Assembly (NCBI GenBank): GCA_036172245.1
Contig: JAYWIR010000075.1
Coordinates: 1-64,000 of the forward strand
Direction: 5' to 3'
DNA: 64,000 bases
Source of the DNA: Raillietiella orientalis
Taxonomy: Eukaryota
Position 1 is the stretch's first letter. Each line of letters starts with the position of its first letter. Under the pieces are notes generated by a model. That model saw nothing but the letters and a program-made list of their open reading frames with translations, was not told the DNA's origin and ran no database searches. Shown piece after piece: positions 11,671-27,500 of the stretch. The position numbers were made by a program, and so were the translations under genes.

Positions 11671-14025
11671 CCACATGCTCGGATGTCAATTTCCTTTTTC
11701 AGGAGTCCACATAGAACATCCAGGGCACTCCACACTTCACCATTGGAAAGTTTGGCTCTCCTGATGAGAATACTTCTCATGAAAAAAGCTACAATCACCC
11801 GTACGGTGGATTTGTAACGGGGTACTATATTTTCGCTTTGACAGAGTGCTCTCAGTATCTCCAGCGTCGACGTTTCCTCCGTACGCACCGCCATCTTGAT
11901 GATTCTCCAGTTCCTCGCGAGGGTTCGACAGCTGTAGATGTGTAGGCCATCTTCGATGTACCCACACCCTGGGCACTGGTCGTCGGCGGGATTGCCGGTC
12001 CAGTGTTGAAGCCTCGTGCCACAGAGGATGCCTCCGTGATAAGACATCAGGAAGCAGTCCTGAATGTCCGGTGGCAACGAGGATTTCCAGAGGACCGTTC
12101 CGATTGCCTGTGCGTCGACGACGGGTTTGCCTAACCAGGACTTCATTTTCTGCATCGCCTCGGACGGTGTTGTATCCTGGGAATTAAGAGGATTGTTGTT
12201 CAGGAGGTTCACCCTGAACCAGTGGGAGCCTTGATCCTGCCAAAGCTCACGGGTTCTGTGGGTTATCCTCCCCTCGAGCAGACGAGGAGAGGATACGTTG
12301 GCGAGGACTCGGCTGGCGTGTATAACCACGTTGTTCGCCAGTCTCTCGGAAGCTCCCATGGTAATCTTCCCGGTCTTCGTGATCCATGCTTCGTTGTCCC
12401 AAGAGACGCTGATGAACAGCGGAACACCTTGGTGAGTTCCTTGTTCCACATCTCCTTACTTCTGTGTACAACACGCAGTTTTAACGTCCATATAAGCTTC
12501 TAGATTCGGGACCACGTAAGGTTTACTTTGTCCCAGCCTCCCGTGGTGAGCGCCAGGGCGGACGTGAGGCCATCGGTTCCCTGTACCAGTCTTACGAAGG
12601 CGAGGTGGAACGCAAATGGCCACTCATCTCATTCACTGACGATGCGGACCAGATGTTTGAGGTCCTGGAGCTTCACGGTAGAGGCGACATCGCGCATGCC
12701 GGTACCTCCTTCCATCCGCGGGCAACATAGGAAATCCAGCTTAGTCTTCGGTTTTCCACCGCTCCAGACAACGTTCCGCTGGATGTCGGCCAGGTCTTTT
12801 GCCGTCCTCGGGGAAAACGGTAGAAATGACGCAGCGAAGAGAAACTTCGGCGCCATTACACCGTTCCAGAGGTTAGCCTTGTCCTTCTGCGAGAAGCATT
12901 TAGCACTATATTGGCTGTTTTCTTCATGTAGCTTTGCCAGGATGGCCGACCATTGCTGCGACTCCAGGGCCGCGGTATCGTCGCCGATGAGAACTCCCAA
13001 GTACTTAACACTGTTCTCAATCTGAAAGCCGCGTGAAGGACGGTGACGTCCGCTATTCCCACGGCGAGCAGATGGGACTTGTTTGGGTTCACTTTCAGTC
13101 CGAGGACGCACTCCATGGCTTGTACGACGTCCAGGAATGCCTCCTGGTCCCGCTCGTCAGACATGACGAAAAGCAGGTCGTCGAGGTAGGCCAGGTGCGT
13201 GATGTTCGTTTCTTCCTCTCCCAGGTTGATACCCTTGAGTCGGCTCCCATGTTGAACGAAGGCAATAACTGCCTCCATGTACAGCACGAAGAGCATCTGG
13301 CTCAGGGCATCTCCCTTTCGGACTCTTTGCATTTTGATGTTCGGCGACTATAGCCCGTTCACGGTGATCGAGAAGTTCGCCTCCTCCAGAATGTGAGCTA
13401 CGTGCTGCACGAATCTTCCTTGGAAGCCCAGCTTTTCCAGGATCTTCAGCAGCATGGTGTGGTCCACCGAGTCAAAGGCCTTTTCGATGTCGGTGAAGCC
13501 CAGAACCAAATCCTTGCCTAGGATACGACTGCATCCCAGGAGGGCCTGGGCGCACTTCAGGTTATCCCACATGCGTCTGCCTCGAACGGCACAAGTCCGT
13601 GGGGAAACCAACGACTTTAGCACTTTCTTCAGCAGATTCGCCCAGATCTTCGTCATCCATTTCGCATCGGAGTTGAGAACGGATATGGGCCTCCACTGAT
13701 TGACGTTGCGGAGGTCCCCGCCGCTCTTGGGGAGCAGTCTCATCCTGCTTCGGTGACAGTCGTTCTTCTCGGTAGATGCAATCTGGCAGCTGATGGAACG
13801 TGCGCGAGTAAGCAGGCAGGTGTCTCTGTTAGTGAACGACGGGACTCTATCGGGGCCCGATGCCACGTCCTTGTGCAATCCGTTGAACGCCGCTTTGACG
13901 TCGTCGACGGTGAAGTGTTCATCGAGTTCTTTTTGTTGGAGGCCAGGCGTTTGTTCACACAACGGAGAATCCACTCCTGGTCTCCCGGATCGAAGAAATC
14001 TTCGACACTGGAAGCCTGGGTACAT
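11670..14025 (-). mobile_element. Distantly related L1/Tx1-type LINE (family I), frameshifted ORF2 remnant
   Basis: LLPKSGGDLRNVNQWRPISVLNSDAK, DIEKAFDSV, RKGDALS, AYLDD, KYLG and CPGC..H..C across several frames. Confidence 0.88.
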
Positions 14026-14584
14026 CAATTACAATTTCATTACTAATTTCATTACTTCAAAAACGGAAATGCGAAGCAATCTAGAATTCATCATTTAAAA
14101 ACTAGAGCAGTACCGAAACTTTCTGGATATTGAAAAATACACAAACACTTGTAGTTGGGCTGAAATTATTGTTCTCCCAATATGGAATACAAAGGTGAAA
14201 AAACTGGCATAGTCACAACCAATATTTCATGTATTTCATCAAACATACAGCTTTGTTGTCTGATGCGAAACAAAGAAAAGAAAATGACGGAAATCATGTT
14301 CGATGTTTTCAGTGACAATGAGGGCCAAAGCAATTACTTGCTAACAACAAATCCTTCGCACGAGTGAAGAATTGAACTTATATCAAAGGTGTAATGAGTT
14401 TCAAAATTTCAGCATTTAATTGGTATAGTTCCTTAGCATTTGGAGTTCTGGAACAGTACTTCAATGACGAGCATCTAAATGAACAGTGTGGTTTCCATTT
14501 GAAGTGCAGCAATAGTTAACAACTGGGATCCCTGATGTGTCCCTTTATGGATCTTGCTTTCTTAACAAAGGTTAAATAAAGCAT

Positions 14585-15500
14585 TTACACTATAACTCTG
14601 TATTTGGGATCATCAGATATTATAGCTCCTTTCCAAATTTGCAATTCGGTGTTATTTACGATAACATACATATATTCTCCATTTGAAGAATGCATAACAC
14701 TAAGAAAGATATGGAATACACAGTCGAATTAACAGCATCAAATATAAATATCAAATATTTACCTGTTTATAGAAATGGGCAAATCTGATATGATTACATC
14801 AGTCATATGGCTTAGATCCCAGGAGCTCCAGAGACTAACTTTACCATTTGATAAACCACCTATAATCATGTTTATTGAGATTCCTTCAGGAAAAGCAGTG
14901 AAACCAACACATGCAATTTCTGCCTCACAGTGTGTTTCTTTAATTAATTTTCCATTAATAGAATGCAAAAACAATTGGGAACCTGATGTGCCACAATCAT
15001 TTAGAACTATATCTCCTAAAGTTTGAGAAATGGAGACATTGGTGTAAAATGAAGAGGGGCACATCAAATGGTAGACACAATTAAACCTACATAGCACATT
15101 TTTAGATGCTGTTGTACTAAGGAAACAATACTTATTGCTATCCCAAACTGCAAAGGTTCCATCCATGCTAATGCTAGCAGTAATATGAAAAGTAACACAA
15201 GCACTTATCTGAAGGATTGCTTTCTTGTGCCCAGTTAAAGTACGTCTCTTATGAAAAGACCATTTACTCTTGTAATGTATAGAAAAAACCTCTATGCATC
15301 CAGAGCTGTATCCAACCCAAAGTTGTGAGGAATCTATTGTTATATTGAAAGCACTTATGCTATCAGTCGGCCTTGTGAAAATGCTATCTGAGGATGTCAC
15401 TGACTGACTCATAATTCTAAGTGAATTGTTCAATTTTTCCCACTTAAGTAGTATTACACCATCAGAAAACCCGGAATTCCGTTTCAATGGTGTCTCTAAG
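14585..15500 (-). other. LYST: LYST C-terminal WD40 exons
   Basis: [44 protein letters not shown]. Confidence 0.9.
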
Positions 15501-18500
15501 AGTAAGACTAAATCATTGTCGATTTATATGCCTGCTTTTACACATACCTCCTCCATGTGAAATATGTAACAATGGCTGACATAAAAAAGGCAACACAATG
15601 ACTTCTGATGACAAAGTAATGAACAGCTGCCCTAGTGGAATTTGGAATTTCTCTCTATGAATCAAATGTGCACAGGGATACATTGGTGAACCAACATAAT
15701 GACCCCACTTTAAACCAATGACCGAAGGCAGGGGTGAAGAGGTCTGAAAGGTTGTAATGAACTTTTCCCCAGAAAATCCTGTTGCATTCCTACCATTGTG
15801 TTAAGGGTTCTGCTGCAGACTTTTAGCTTCCTTGGAGGATGTGGTGAATCAAACAGTTGCTTTGGAGTCTGTCCATATGTACTGATCATGGCTTTGGCTG
15901 CTTTATGCTTAATTGGATCTTTAATTGAGTTAACATCAAAACCCACATAAGTCTAATGGTATGCAACTGCAGTCTTATCTAAATACATTAAAAATTCACA
16001 TACAGCTGGATGGAATACATTAATGCTATCAACAGCAGCAGTGCCAGTTTGCTTGTAACCAAAAATCAAATCTATCCAATGATGCAGGTTTGTGCTAACT
16101 ATGTCAGCTTCAAGTGCTTGCCGATGTATCAGAATAAACAATCTAGGATCATTCTGACACCAAGAAGGTAACTCAACATCCATCACTTGTTTTCCAATTT
16201 GAGTTTTACCAAAATCCAAGCCTAAAGTGTATTTAAAACATACCACATAATTTTCTTGAAACCTACCTTCAGAATTTACCAGAAAATCGGGAAGATAAAA
16301 AAATTCTGGTATAAGCTCCTTTACATCTGTAACACTAGTTTTGCTAGACAATAGCCAACTTGCTTGGATACTATGAAAAGTTCGATCGGGCAAATCAAAG
16401 CTCTTATCTAAATTACCTATTTATTGAATTTCAATGGTCATCAACATACCCTGATATTCATAAAACAGGTTCGTAAATGGAGGAAGTCGAATAAGGTAAT
16501 ACAATACTATCCCAGGATTCGAGTACAAAGAACTATAATGGTAAGGCTGAATGTTGCTTTCTTCCTGGAGATTCTAAAAGTTGATTAATGGAGCAGGAAT
16601 CTACTTTTTTCTAATACAAATGCATTAAGACTTATACACTTTTTCAAATCTTTTACAGCTTTGAAAATCTGACAAAAAAATGCTGTTTCTTTCGATATTT
16701 GTTTTAAAAAAATTTACTGTGATGCTGTACTACTAACTAATATACACGTCAACTTAGAAGAAATCGGTGCATTTGAAGGCCATACTGTTTCATCATGAAT
16801 GTACATCATTCATCATAGTATCTCTTGAAGTTCTAAAAGAAGTTTGTAACCGAATTTTATTGCTAAATCCGAAGAATACATAAAACCACGTAACTGCCGC
16901 ATATCGCGGGTTTACTGTTTCTCAAGAACTGAATATACGGTGAAAGTATTTCTCCAGTTGATAAGAAACGAAAAGTTAAAAAACTGTTAAAAACAAAAAT
17001 TAGCACCTCATTACATACATAACATAGTGAATGCTTTGACCCTAACAGTCAAATCTATGGGCAAATAAGTCAACACTGTACTACAAAAAACCGTTTATTA
17101 CAGGAAAAACTTTTACCTCATGGTTTCGTATTCGATTTAGCTGTTTTCACTAACGCGCTTCTGTTTGTGCCTATAAAATGCTGTGCTAGATAGAGATCAC
17201 AACCATCACCAACACAAATATACTTTGAAAGATAAAGATCAAACTAGAATCTTGTAACATGTTACAAATATGTAAGTACTAAAGTGAAGACATCATACAC
17301 TTTTACTTTACATATATTATTATACATGAATACTCATGAATAATTCATATATATATAGGTTTAGATGCAGACAAAAAGTTGAAAAATTATAGGGTATTAA
17401 ATGCATAGGAGATAGTATTAGGGCAATCTGTATATCATAGTTATCGAAAATTCCGTGAAATAATTTTGCATTCTGGAAAATGAATACATTTCATTAATTT
17501 AATTCAGTTATGCTAAATACTGCCTCATACTTCATGTAACTGACTCTTGAAAAAATTGATGGAACTTTTGATTTTATAAATTCAGTTAAAACTTCTGAAT
17601 ATGAAATCTGTTCCCACATTGTATCTCTCTAGACTCAAATTCGAAGCATAAGTTTCTTTAAACTTGAGCTTTTTGAAAGATGATTCCCTGATGACTTTTG
17701 AGAAGAGTCTGATAATAGTTTAATAATACAAAATGTTTTCCTTAATTATCAATATGATTTATACACTTAGGTAAAAGAATATTCACAAGAAAACCATTGA
17801 ATGAACTAACTGAATAATGATTTTTGTAGTAGTCCTCCTTTTCTGCATCCTGCACACCCATAGGCTTCTTTAGATTTCTGGAAAAAAAAAATGATAAAAT
17901 TGCAAAGGTCCTAAATTTACTGAAATCAGGATTCATTATACAAATGCGAAAATCAATAAACGCTTATGAGATTTTCTAGTACACAAGAGAGCCTTTACAC
18001 TAGAATATTCTAATTTTCCCAAATTTAAGTTTAGATAAAATGCATTTCATATGAAGAAAACTAACAAATACTTAAAGAAAAACAGCAAGAAAATCCAAAT
18101 TCCTGTAGAAAAGGAAATAAGTGGAACTACGCATATGAATAAGTTTGTACTGCCAAAAAGAAATCATTCAATTACAATGAGCACATTTCATGTCATAACT
18201 GCAACTGAAATGATGAATTATTTTCCCTTGATTATTTTCATACACCAATATGAAATAGAAATAAAGTTAGCAGTGTTATTTCTGATGTAGTCAACATATC
18301 AAAAGATGCACTACAAAATTTAAAACACTTTTTAAATGTGTTCCTCAATTAGGTCAGCTATCAAAACTTTCTAGTAACTATTGCACAAGTTTTCTGTGCA
18401 ATTCAACAAGCAAGACTTGGTTCATGGTTTATTTAACACAGGTTAGTTAAGTTAACTCAAGCATTTGGTAATGAAGAAGTGATAAGTATATTCCTACTTA

Positions 18501-21500
18501 GTTCAAGAAGACTTTGAACCTACATTTGTATGTTTCATTGATTATATTGATACAAGGTAATAAGCGATATGTAACAACAGTAACTTTTCAAAGCATGCTT
18601 AAATATATTTCTTGAACACAGAAGAAAAATCGAATTTCCAAAGATACCAATCATTAAATATGCATATATAGCCAGGTACTTTCGTTTTCGCAATAAAATA
18701 CCTGAAAGAAGGCATTTCCAGCAAATTTAATTGTGGGTGATCGAACTGGGCCAAAATATGCGGAAAAACCGGATACTGCATAAGGTCATTAAAAGTGCGT
18801 CCTGAAAGTGTATTAAGATGCATTAAGTAATCAAAATTAGTCAGCATCCCATGTTGCCATTTGTGTGTCAGTTCTTCCAAATTAACCTCTTCAACTATGA
18901 CTTTTCGAACATTTAGTAAATGTGTGATAAAATCATCTCGATCCTTTGATAAACACAAAAGATATAATCTGAATATGAATACATTATTACCTTAGTTTTC
19001 GAAAAGACGATAAATATATTATAACCTGATTTGAGAAAAAGCTCTATTGCATTACTTTGCAAGCAGTAACATCGTCTTTGAAGTTCTCGTATGTTCTTCA
19101 ATTTCCATTTTGAAACGAACGTGCCAAAATATTCTTCAATTCTCTAAAGAACTTGGTAATAGAACTAATGAGAACATTAAATACCAAACATTTGAATTCT
19201 TGATTCTTTCTTTTCTCTTCAATGAAATACATCGATTTGCAGCCTACTAATAATTTTCCTAATTTTTCTTGGGATTGTGTGATAAATTTGCATGTATTTG
19301 AGTATGCAATTTTTTGACACTGCACAAGACATTCAGTTATAAAATATGGATCGAGTTCTTTTCCAAACAGATACTCAAAGGATAAATGAAAAGGAAAACT
19401 GCCTAAAAGTTCTGATGTCGCTGGAGTTCATGAAACGTATAAGATTTTACCCAACCTGATCGTGCACATCCTGAAAGAATGTATTTTTTAGGTATATTTA
19501 AAATACACCTCTCTAAACGTTTTCTAATCCTTGAGGGACCTTCTACAGAATCTAGCTGCCACGATCTAACAAGTGAATAATTATATTTCAAGTAACAAGA
19601 ATAACATTGTAAACTACATTTACATACCTTGGATACGTACTATATGAATACCATAAAGACTCTGCATGGACCATTTGTTGAATCAAGTTGAACCATTTTT
19701 TTCGATATTTTTCGTTCTCCATAAATTTCAATTTACTCTGTCTTAGATATTTCTGTTTCGAATCATTCTGATGTAGTACTGCAAGCTGCGATGATATCAT
19801 GGCTTGGTCATTTAGCTGCACTTGGAATTCTTGACACTCTTTAAAGTAACTAAAACATAATAACACGAGCAATCAATGATTTTTTAATTTCTTAAGCAAC
19901 CTTTTGATCAAGTGCTCGTGTTTCAAATGATTAATAAACGATAACTCCAACTGCTGTTTTTCTAAATTTTGTATTTTAGAACACATGGAATCTATTTCCG
20001 ATGCATTAAAGGAAAAAGGATGTTTTTCATGATTTTTCTTAGTTCCATTATACATGTATAACAGCAGCTGCTGTACTTCTGCAGAGAATAACTCATAAAA
20101 GCCAAAAATGAGTTGCCAAAGATACAGATGAAAAACAGGTGCAACCTAAAATGAACATTTCTATTATTTTGGATTTGATTTCTGTGTATTCTTACAGATT
20201 CCTTAGAGAGTACGGCATTAAAAGTTTCATTCTCAACCTTATGATGTAAAAAGCACACCAAAGATATTTTAATTCGAAGAAGTTGGGTTGGCGATATAAG
20301 GAAACAAATTACTTGTCCTATGCAGTTATAAAGACATTCTTGTAAATCCCACTTGGCTTCACAAGCAAACTTCGTCATTAGAGCCATAAAATCTAAAGTC
20401 CAGAAGTAAAAGCGTTCCATTTTCTGAATAATGTCAGGTACTCCATCTATAAACAACAAATCATTATTCCAAAAATATCTAAATAATTGCATACATCTGA
20501 AGATGATCGTATTGCATAATAGGGCTAGCATTTTGTTTAAAAAAAGAACACAAATTTCTTCGTTTATTTTGCAATTGGCTCCTCCTGTAAAAGAATTGAA
20601 AATAACCTGCAGTTTTACATCTCTGAAATCACCTTTTATCACTTTCCAATTTTCTAAAAAGTCCTGAAAAGACCATTTCAAGCAAAAACAACTGATCTCA
20701 ATCGGAAGATACGAAAAACAATAAGTTCGTTGTAAATTGGGTGTTGAATTAAGATGAGCTATGATGCATTCCAGTTTCTACGAAACAAATTACCCAAAGT
20801 GACAGTACTCAACACCTTAAAAGCCAAGTTTATATAGAAATCACAGAATGAATACAAATCAGCAAATGAGATTCTACCTGATAATCAAAAGCACATGTTA
20901 GCATTTTACTTAGAATCTGAAAAATCACTTTTAGTTTTTTTGCAAATAATTGATAAGTAGATAAATGATTTGTGATAATATGTTTGTCAATAAATGAAAT
21001 GAGATTGACAGTTTCACAAGCACGCTCTATGAGGCCAGATGACACCAATAACTGAATATAATTCTGATCCTGAACAAATTAAAAAGACATTTAAAAATAT
21101 ACGGACGATTTTACACATAACATACTTTTAAACACAATATTCTTATCCAAGATAGTAAATGAATAGCTAATTCAGGTCTTTCAATGCAACATGGTAACAG
21201 AGATATAAATAACACAATGCTTTCTCTCTGAAGAGTAGACATTTTCCAATGTTCAGGAAAATGAGGATATGTGTTAATGGAACATCGCATTGATGTGCAC
21301 AAAAAGACGCAACTTTCAATAATTTCAGGTGTTAAGGAGCAGGACGTCAACTGATTCGAAAGCAGATAGAATACTTTCATCTTGCTAAGGTAATGATTAA
21401 GTTGAGAGGAGGCTCTATGCATCATTGCACCAAACAGCTTGAATATTTTTGCTCATGAAACAAAGGAAATTAGTATTGTATTTCATTTCTACCTTGATAA

Positions 21501-24500
21501 CAGCAGCTCTAACACGGTGGTCATCAAATGAGGCCAATAACAACAATTTATCTATCCCAAGTGCTGTCTTTGATATCTCATCAATAAATACATCTGGGCA
21601 AATAAGCAACTGGGAACATATCAGCAAAAGTAAGTTTTCAACTATAATATTAAGTTGCTGTTTTCTTTTTTCAACACATGCCTAGAAGTAACTCGTAAGT
21701 GCATAAATTTTTAACTTTACTGTGCTAACCATAGTTGACTCATCACCTCTACAGATTGACACATTTTGTGGGTGGTTTATTTTTATGGTATTTTCTACTC
21801 CCCAAAGCCAAGAAATTATCTAGTTTTCTTTAATTTACTTTACTTACGGTTCAAGTGGTGCTGCTGTAACAATAAATAGTTATGATGTACCATATTTCTC
21901 GACACTATAAAAGAGTGTATAGTGGGATGTGCTAATAGTAAAATATCCGATATTAAAGACAATTCCTTTGGTGTATGCGAACTGCCAATAAGACACGTAA
22001 TCAATTCAATTAGTATCATAGTGGTGGATTCATCAAAATCACATGTCCTATCTTGATCATCTATTATGTAGATTTCCTACATTCAAAATCGATTTAAATC
22101 GATCTTTTTCTTTCATACTTACATGGACAATTTCAAGTAGTTGTGAAAGAATGTCTGGTTTCCTTACTTTCAGAGATTTCAAAGGATGAATTAGGCAATT
22201 TCTGCGAAAAATGCGAATTAAAATAAAAAGCAAAATGTACCACAAAGATACATGGTGGTATTTTTCCATATACAAATCCATTTTCCAGGCTTGTAAATTG
22301 CTAACTAAATTGATTCCAAAATAAACACAAAACAATTCGAAATGTTTAAAAAATTAAAATTACATAATTTGCAAAACAAAATTAAATGATGATTAAAAAA
22401 AATTACAAAGTTTCATATTAACGTAGCATTTTCTATTCCAAAGTTTCCACAAGCAAAGCAACATATCAATTCCTTTCGATGAAATCATACACATTTCTTC
22501 ATGCAGGATTAAGGATAATGTTGATTTTGTTATTTTTGTAATAACTGAACCATTAAAACAAAAATCAAGCAATACCTGAAATATTACAAGTTATGAAATT
22601 TAATCTTGTATTATCAAGTATGTTACCTGGAAAAGATGCACTCCACAATGAGTACAATTGTTTAATAAGTACAAAACATATTGGAGATAATTATTTTCAA
22701 TGCACTCTTGCATAAGTATTATACTGTTAGCAACGGCAGTAAACATCAGCTCTAGTGCCTTGGCTAGCACACATTCATCATGGGATTTTTCAGTTATCTT
22801 CAAGTGCACATTTCGAACCAGTTGAATATGAGATTTAATTTACCAGAGCAATAATGAAAAGAAATATCTGATTTCCCCCCAGTGAGTAAACCGTAGAATA
22901 AAAATTTGGATTCAGTTTAGTTTTAGCATTAGTATATGCCACTTGACTTATTACAGGAAATGCTTCCTTGTATGCACTTTCATAGTTGAACCGTTTTTTT
23001 GCAAAAATGGTTGATGTATGGGATTCAACATTAACTTCATGAATCAACCATTTACAGGATGATGGATTGAAACTCAAAATGACAGCATTCTAAAAAAAAC
23101 TCCAGAAAACATTTATGGAAAAAAGGATTGTTTCAAGCTTTCTAATTTACAATATGTTTTTAAATCGATTATCTGTTCTTTATTTCTCATTCACTGAATG
23201 GAAATGAAAGTAATGGTATTCCACAAAAAAAAAGGAATTTCGGTAATTTTCAATTTCGGCAATTGCAAGTGTATTCTTAAAACTTTCCGTTTCATGGAGA
23301 CTAAATATTTTACAAGATGAAGAGTCTGTATTGCGTTTTCTTGCATTAGGTTTGATTATTACAGCGTATATTTAGTATTACATCTATATGCACATCTCTG
23401 ACAACGGTAATTTGCATGAAAGCACTCATTTACTGATAAACTAGGGCCATACTTATTAAGAACATGATGAAATAGTGTCGATGTTTCTGAGTTGATTAAG
23501 ATATTCTGTTGTAATTCTCGAAATTCACACACTAAATTACTATAGCTCAATTATGGTTTAATACTGAATGCTAAAATCAATGTAGTGATGTGAAACAGGA
23601 GAAAATTAATCTAAAGCAGTCACGAAAAAACACAAAGCATCCATTTTTTGTTTGTATGAAATTCTCAAAATAAAACTTTGAATTTTCATTTCACGATTTT
23701 ATTTTGTAATAAATATTTTAGGATCTCAAGTTTGGTTGAGTTTCTATAAATTGGTTATAAGTGAAAATAAAAAACCAAAAACGAATACCTGCAACCTTTC
23801 CATATCTCTTTCTAGAGGAAAATGAAAAAGGTTTTCTTTCTGAAAGATCATTTGAACCCATTCCAACAGTGATGGTGAACGCAAAGCATTCCACAGATTA
23901 TCTGATCCTAAATGATATATGTAGGGAACTAATTTTTGTGTGGTTTTAGAAACTTGACTAAGAAAAAATCTTCCCAATTTCATAACTTTAATTTGATTGC
24001 AAACTCTTGAAGACATCTTCTGACCAATTAAAATTTGAAACCCTTTGCGAGATTTCAGTCTGGGAAATGCATATGTAAACTCTGTTTCTCTGCTGTGGTA
24101 ACCATCTAAAGTAAGAGTTACCTAAAAAAAATTAAACAAAAAGCTCTATCAGAACATGAATTTTAAGTCTGAATGGATTATTGTTATCAGCAGCGTTTCT
24201 GAAAATGTAGATCAATATGTGAACCACACACTTCTAATTTACAGATTCAGGTATCAAGTAGAGATTTGATCAATTTTATTTTCATTTCAATTCATGAAAA
24301 TAAATCAATGCTTTATACACAGGATGGTAGAAACTAATTATTATTTTAATTTGAATTTCCATGAATTAAGACGAAATTCCTAAAAATTTTTTCTAACTAA
24401 TAATAATATCATTTAAACTCAAACAATATCATGGCTTGCGATATCTGTAAGTTATAAATATAAGTTATAATCTTTTATATTCTTGTCAGTGAGATGCCTT

Positions 24501-27500
24501 GTATCATATAATAGGATACGTATTTTTTTTACCTTTAGAATAATTTTTTCAGCATTTGTTTGACATAAAGCAACTATAACTATGTGATGCCACAAAGCTC
24601 TTGAGTTCATAAAATTCGAAAACACCATTTTATCATTGGAAATTATTTGATTTCCGTTGGTGTTTGCTCTTAACCACACACAGAAATCAACTAAAACATT
24701 ACGAGAATTTTATTACTTTAGGAGTTCACATTCTTACCTTCATTAAACAACCAGATTTCAATATTCAACTCACCATCAGTAATGGAAAAAATATGCAATA
24801 ATTGAGAGCTTATACCTGGATCACCTAAAATTGAATACCACAAATACAATTCTCTGGGGGAAATTTCACAGAGTGCAAACAGGTTAAATAATACAGTGTT
24901 GCTTGATAAGCTGAATAAATCTGCATTAAGGAACTTACTGTAATGACCTCTGAATTGCTAATATCACACGATCATATGAGTACAAATGTTCATCAGTAAT
25001 GAGATTGTTACACTATTTCGTCAGATATTACACAAATTTCAATTTGTGAATACGAACTCAATCCAAAAAAATGTAATTTACGGAAAATAGGACATTCTTG
25101 AAAAAGAACAAAACCTAAAAGAAACAGCAGCAACCCAAAGAAATTGAAGCTTTGAATTCTAAGAGGGCAATCATAAACCCATACATGATCTCAAGGAAAT
25201 ATTATTTTTTAATACCACAACACAGGAATGGATTCAATTCAACATAACAATGAAACAATCTTACATGGAATGCATTCATTTTTACAAACATATTTATCAC
25301 ATCACATATATACAACTGTGCAATTTCACATTTTAAGGACAAATTTTCAATGATCTAATAACACAGAAAACGAATTCCAAAGATTGTGAGGTAGAAATTT
25401 TAGTGAGCTCATTAAATTTCCTAAGAGAGTGGATGAATTTCGAATCTAAGAGAGTGAAAAACAGAGTGCAATATTTATTCAAATCAAAATAATTTTCTTT
25501 TTAGACAAAAAGGAAGACTGCAACTGGAACTGCATGAGACCACAATAAGAAACACTTGAAACACATTTCTGGTAATGAAAAGCATACTTAGCATAGTTTG
25601 TATACAAATTCTGAAGATGGAGATAAATGCTAGATTATGAATGAGGAATTAGAAGTGAAAATAAACAAAATTAAGCCCTGAAAATTTGAAGGAGAATTTG
25701 ATAAAGCACTAATAATGGCAAGCTTAAAGCAATTTCAGCTCATTTGAAAATGAATTCAGGCACAGTTAAGTCAGCTAAATAAAAAATAAAAAATGCATAG
25801 TGCAAAAAATTCGAATAGAATCTTAAAGAATAATTACAAATAATAAACAAGCTTATTCAGGAAGGATTTAAGGACAATTAATGAAATATCATCAAAATGA
25901 ACTTTTCTATAAATAAAAAACAATTTTGCAAACGGGAAACTTCCTTACAATATAATTTTATATATTTCTTTCATTTATAACAATTCTTTGAATTTCCAAA
26001 CATCACAAAATTTTGACAACAGTTCACTCAAAATAAATGTTTATTAATTATTTACATTTATGTAGCTAAATCTTCATAATTTCCCTAAACTCAATTTTGA
26101 AATTAGGAAAATGATAAAGAACCGTTAACGCAAAATATATTTCACAACTAAAGAGAATACTAAAATAACTGGAATTGTACTTATTGCTACCCTACATTTG
26201 ATGAAGATAAAGATGAAGTTACTTACCAGAAAAAGAATCGTTTTGCTGTGCTTTTGGATTAAATTTACATTTGGAATCTATGTATTCGTAGCTAACCCAT
26301 AGAGACATCATAAAACCTTGTGAAAATGGAGACCATTTATCCACATCTAGGGATATTTGAAAAGCGGATTCTGAAAATCCTGGTGAAATAAGATTACTTC
26401 ATTTAGTGTGTTCTATCAATTGCATGAAGGAACCTTCAAAATTAGGAACTTTATCAAAATCTTCATGAAAACACTTTACAGATGAAGTCCACTGTAAATA
26501 TTTCATTGGTTCCTGAACACAGTGCTTTGAGATTTCTAGGAAATAATCCAGATATAGATTCTAAAACATAGGAATGAAATCATGCAGGCCTGAATTGATT
26601 AAAAAATACCAAATCATGAAACGAAGTTTTCAAAATCTTCAGAAGACAGCGTAATTGATTTTTTGATAACTGACTGGGTGCAAACAGCGTAATGAACTCG
26701 AAAAAATACCTTTTCAAGCCTAAAAGTATAATTACGTTAATATCATTCACGGATTGGTGCGAAAGTTGCTAATATAAACTAAATCATTACAACAAGTATG
26801 CATTCTTGCATCATAAATCCCAATATTAAACACACATGTTTCGCTACTTAAAGACTTTAAATTGTGGTAGCAGATGCTAGTGAAAACAATGCAATCAAAA
26901 CAGTCTTTACGATGCTCTTTTGACACTATAGATATCTAAATTCAACATTGTTCCATTCAATCCGACATGAAATCGAGAAATTTGAAATGAAATCTTCCTA
27001 CCAATGTAGGGCATTTTGCATTTTTGTTTCTTCTCCATCCCCTTTGCTAACATTCACAAATTTAACATCCTGATGTTCACTTAGTATTGAACTTTGCTGA
27101 ATTATCACTTATTGAAAATATTCCTAATTAAAACCTAAGGAGTTCAACTCAAGGGGCTTCTTTTCACAAACATTAGATACATGAACTTTAGAAAGAAGTA
27201 CTTACACAAACCTTAGAAGGTTAAAGTCTGCATAAGTACTTAGAAGGCTAAAGAATTCTCTATAGCTTATAAAACTGTCTCACTGAATCTGCAAATAGCA
27301 TAGCTTTCTTTTAATTGGAGAAATTTTCTGTTTATGAACGCTCTTTTTTGTGTGAAAGAAAAGATCTCTTCAACAAAAAGTCTCTGGAGGAACTTTTATT
27401 CAACTGTTATATGTAATCTTATGTTCAACAAGCAGTTCATAAATAGGCATATTTTTTAAATTAAAGTATAACTCAAGTGTATTTTTTTAAAAAAATGCCA

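Noticed and set aside
16880..16920. Tc1/pogo-like MITE terminus (..GCGGGTTTACTGT) in a LYST intron
   Set aside because: No matching second inverted repeat or TA duplication found.
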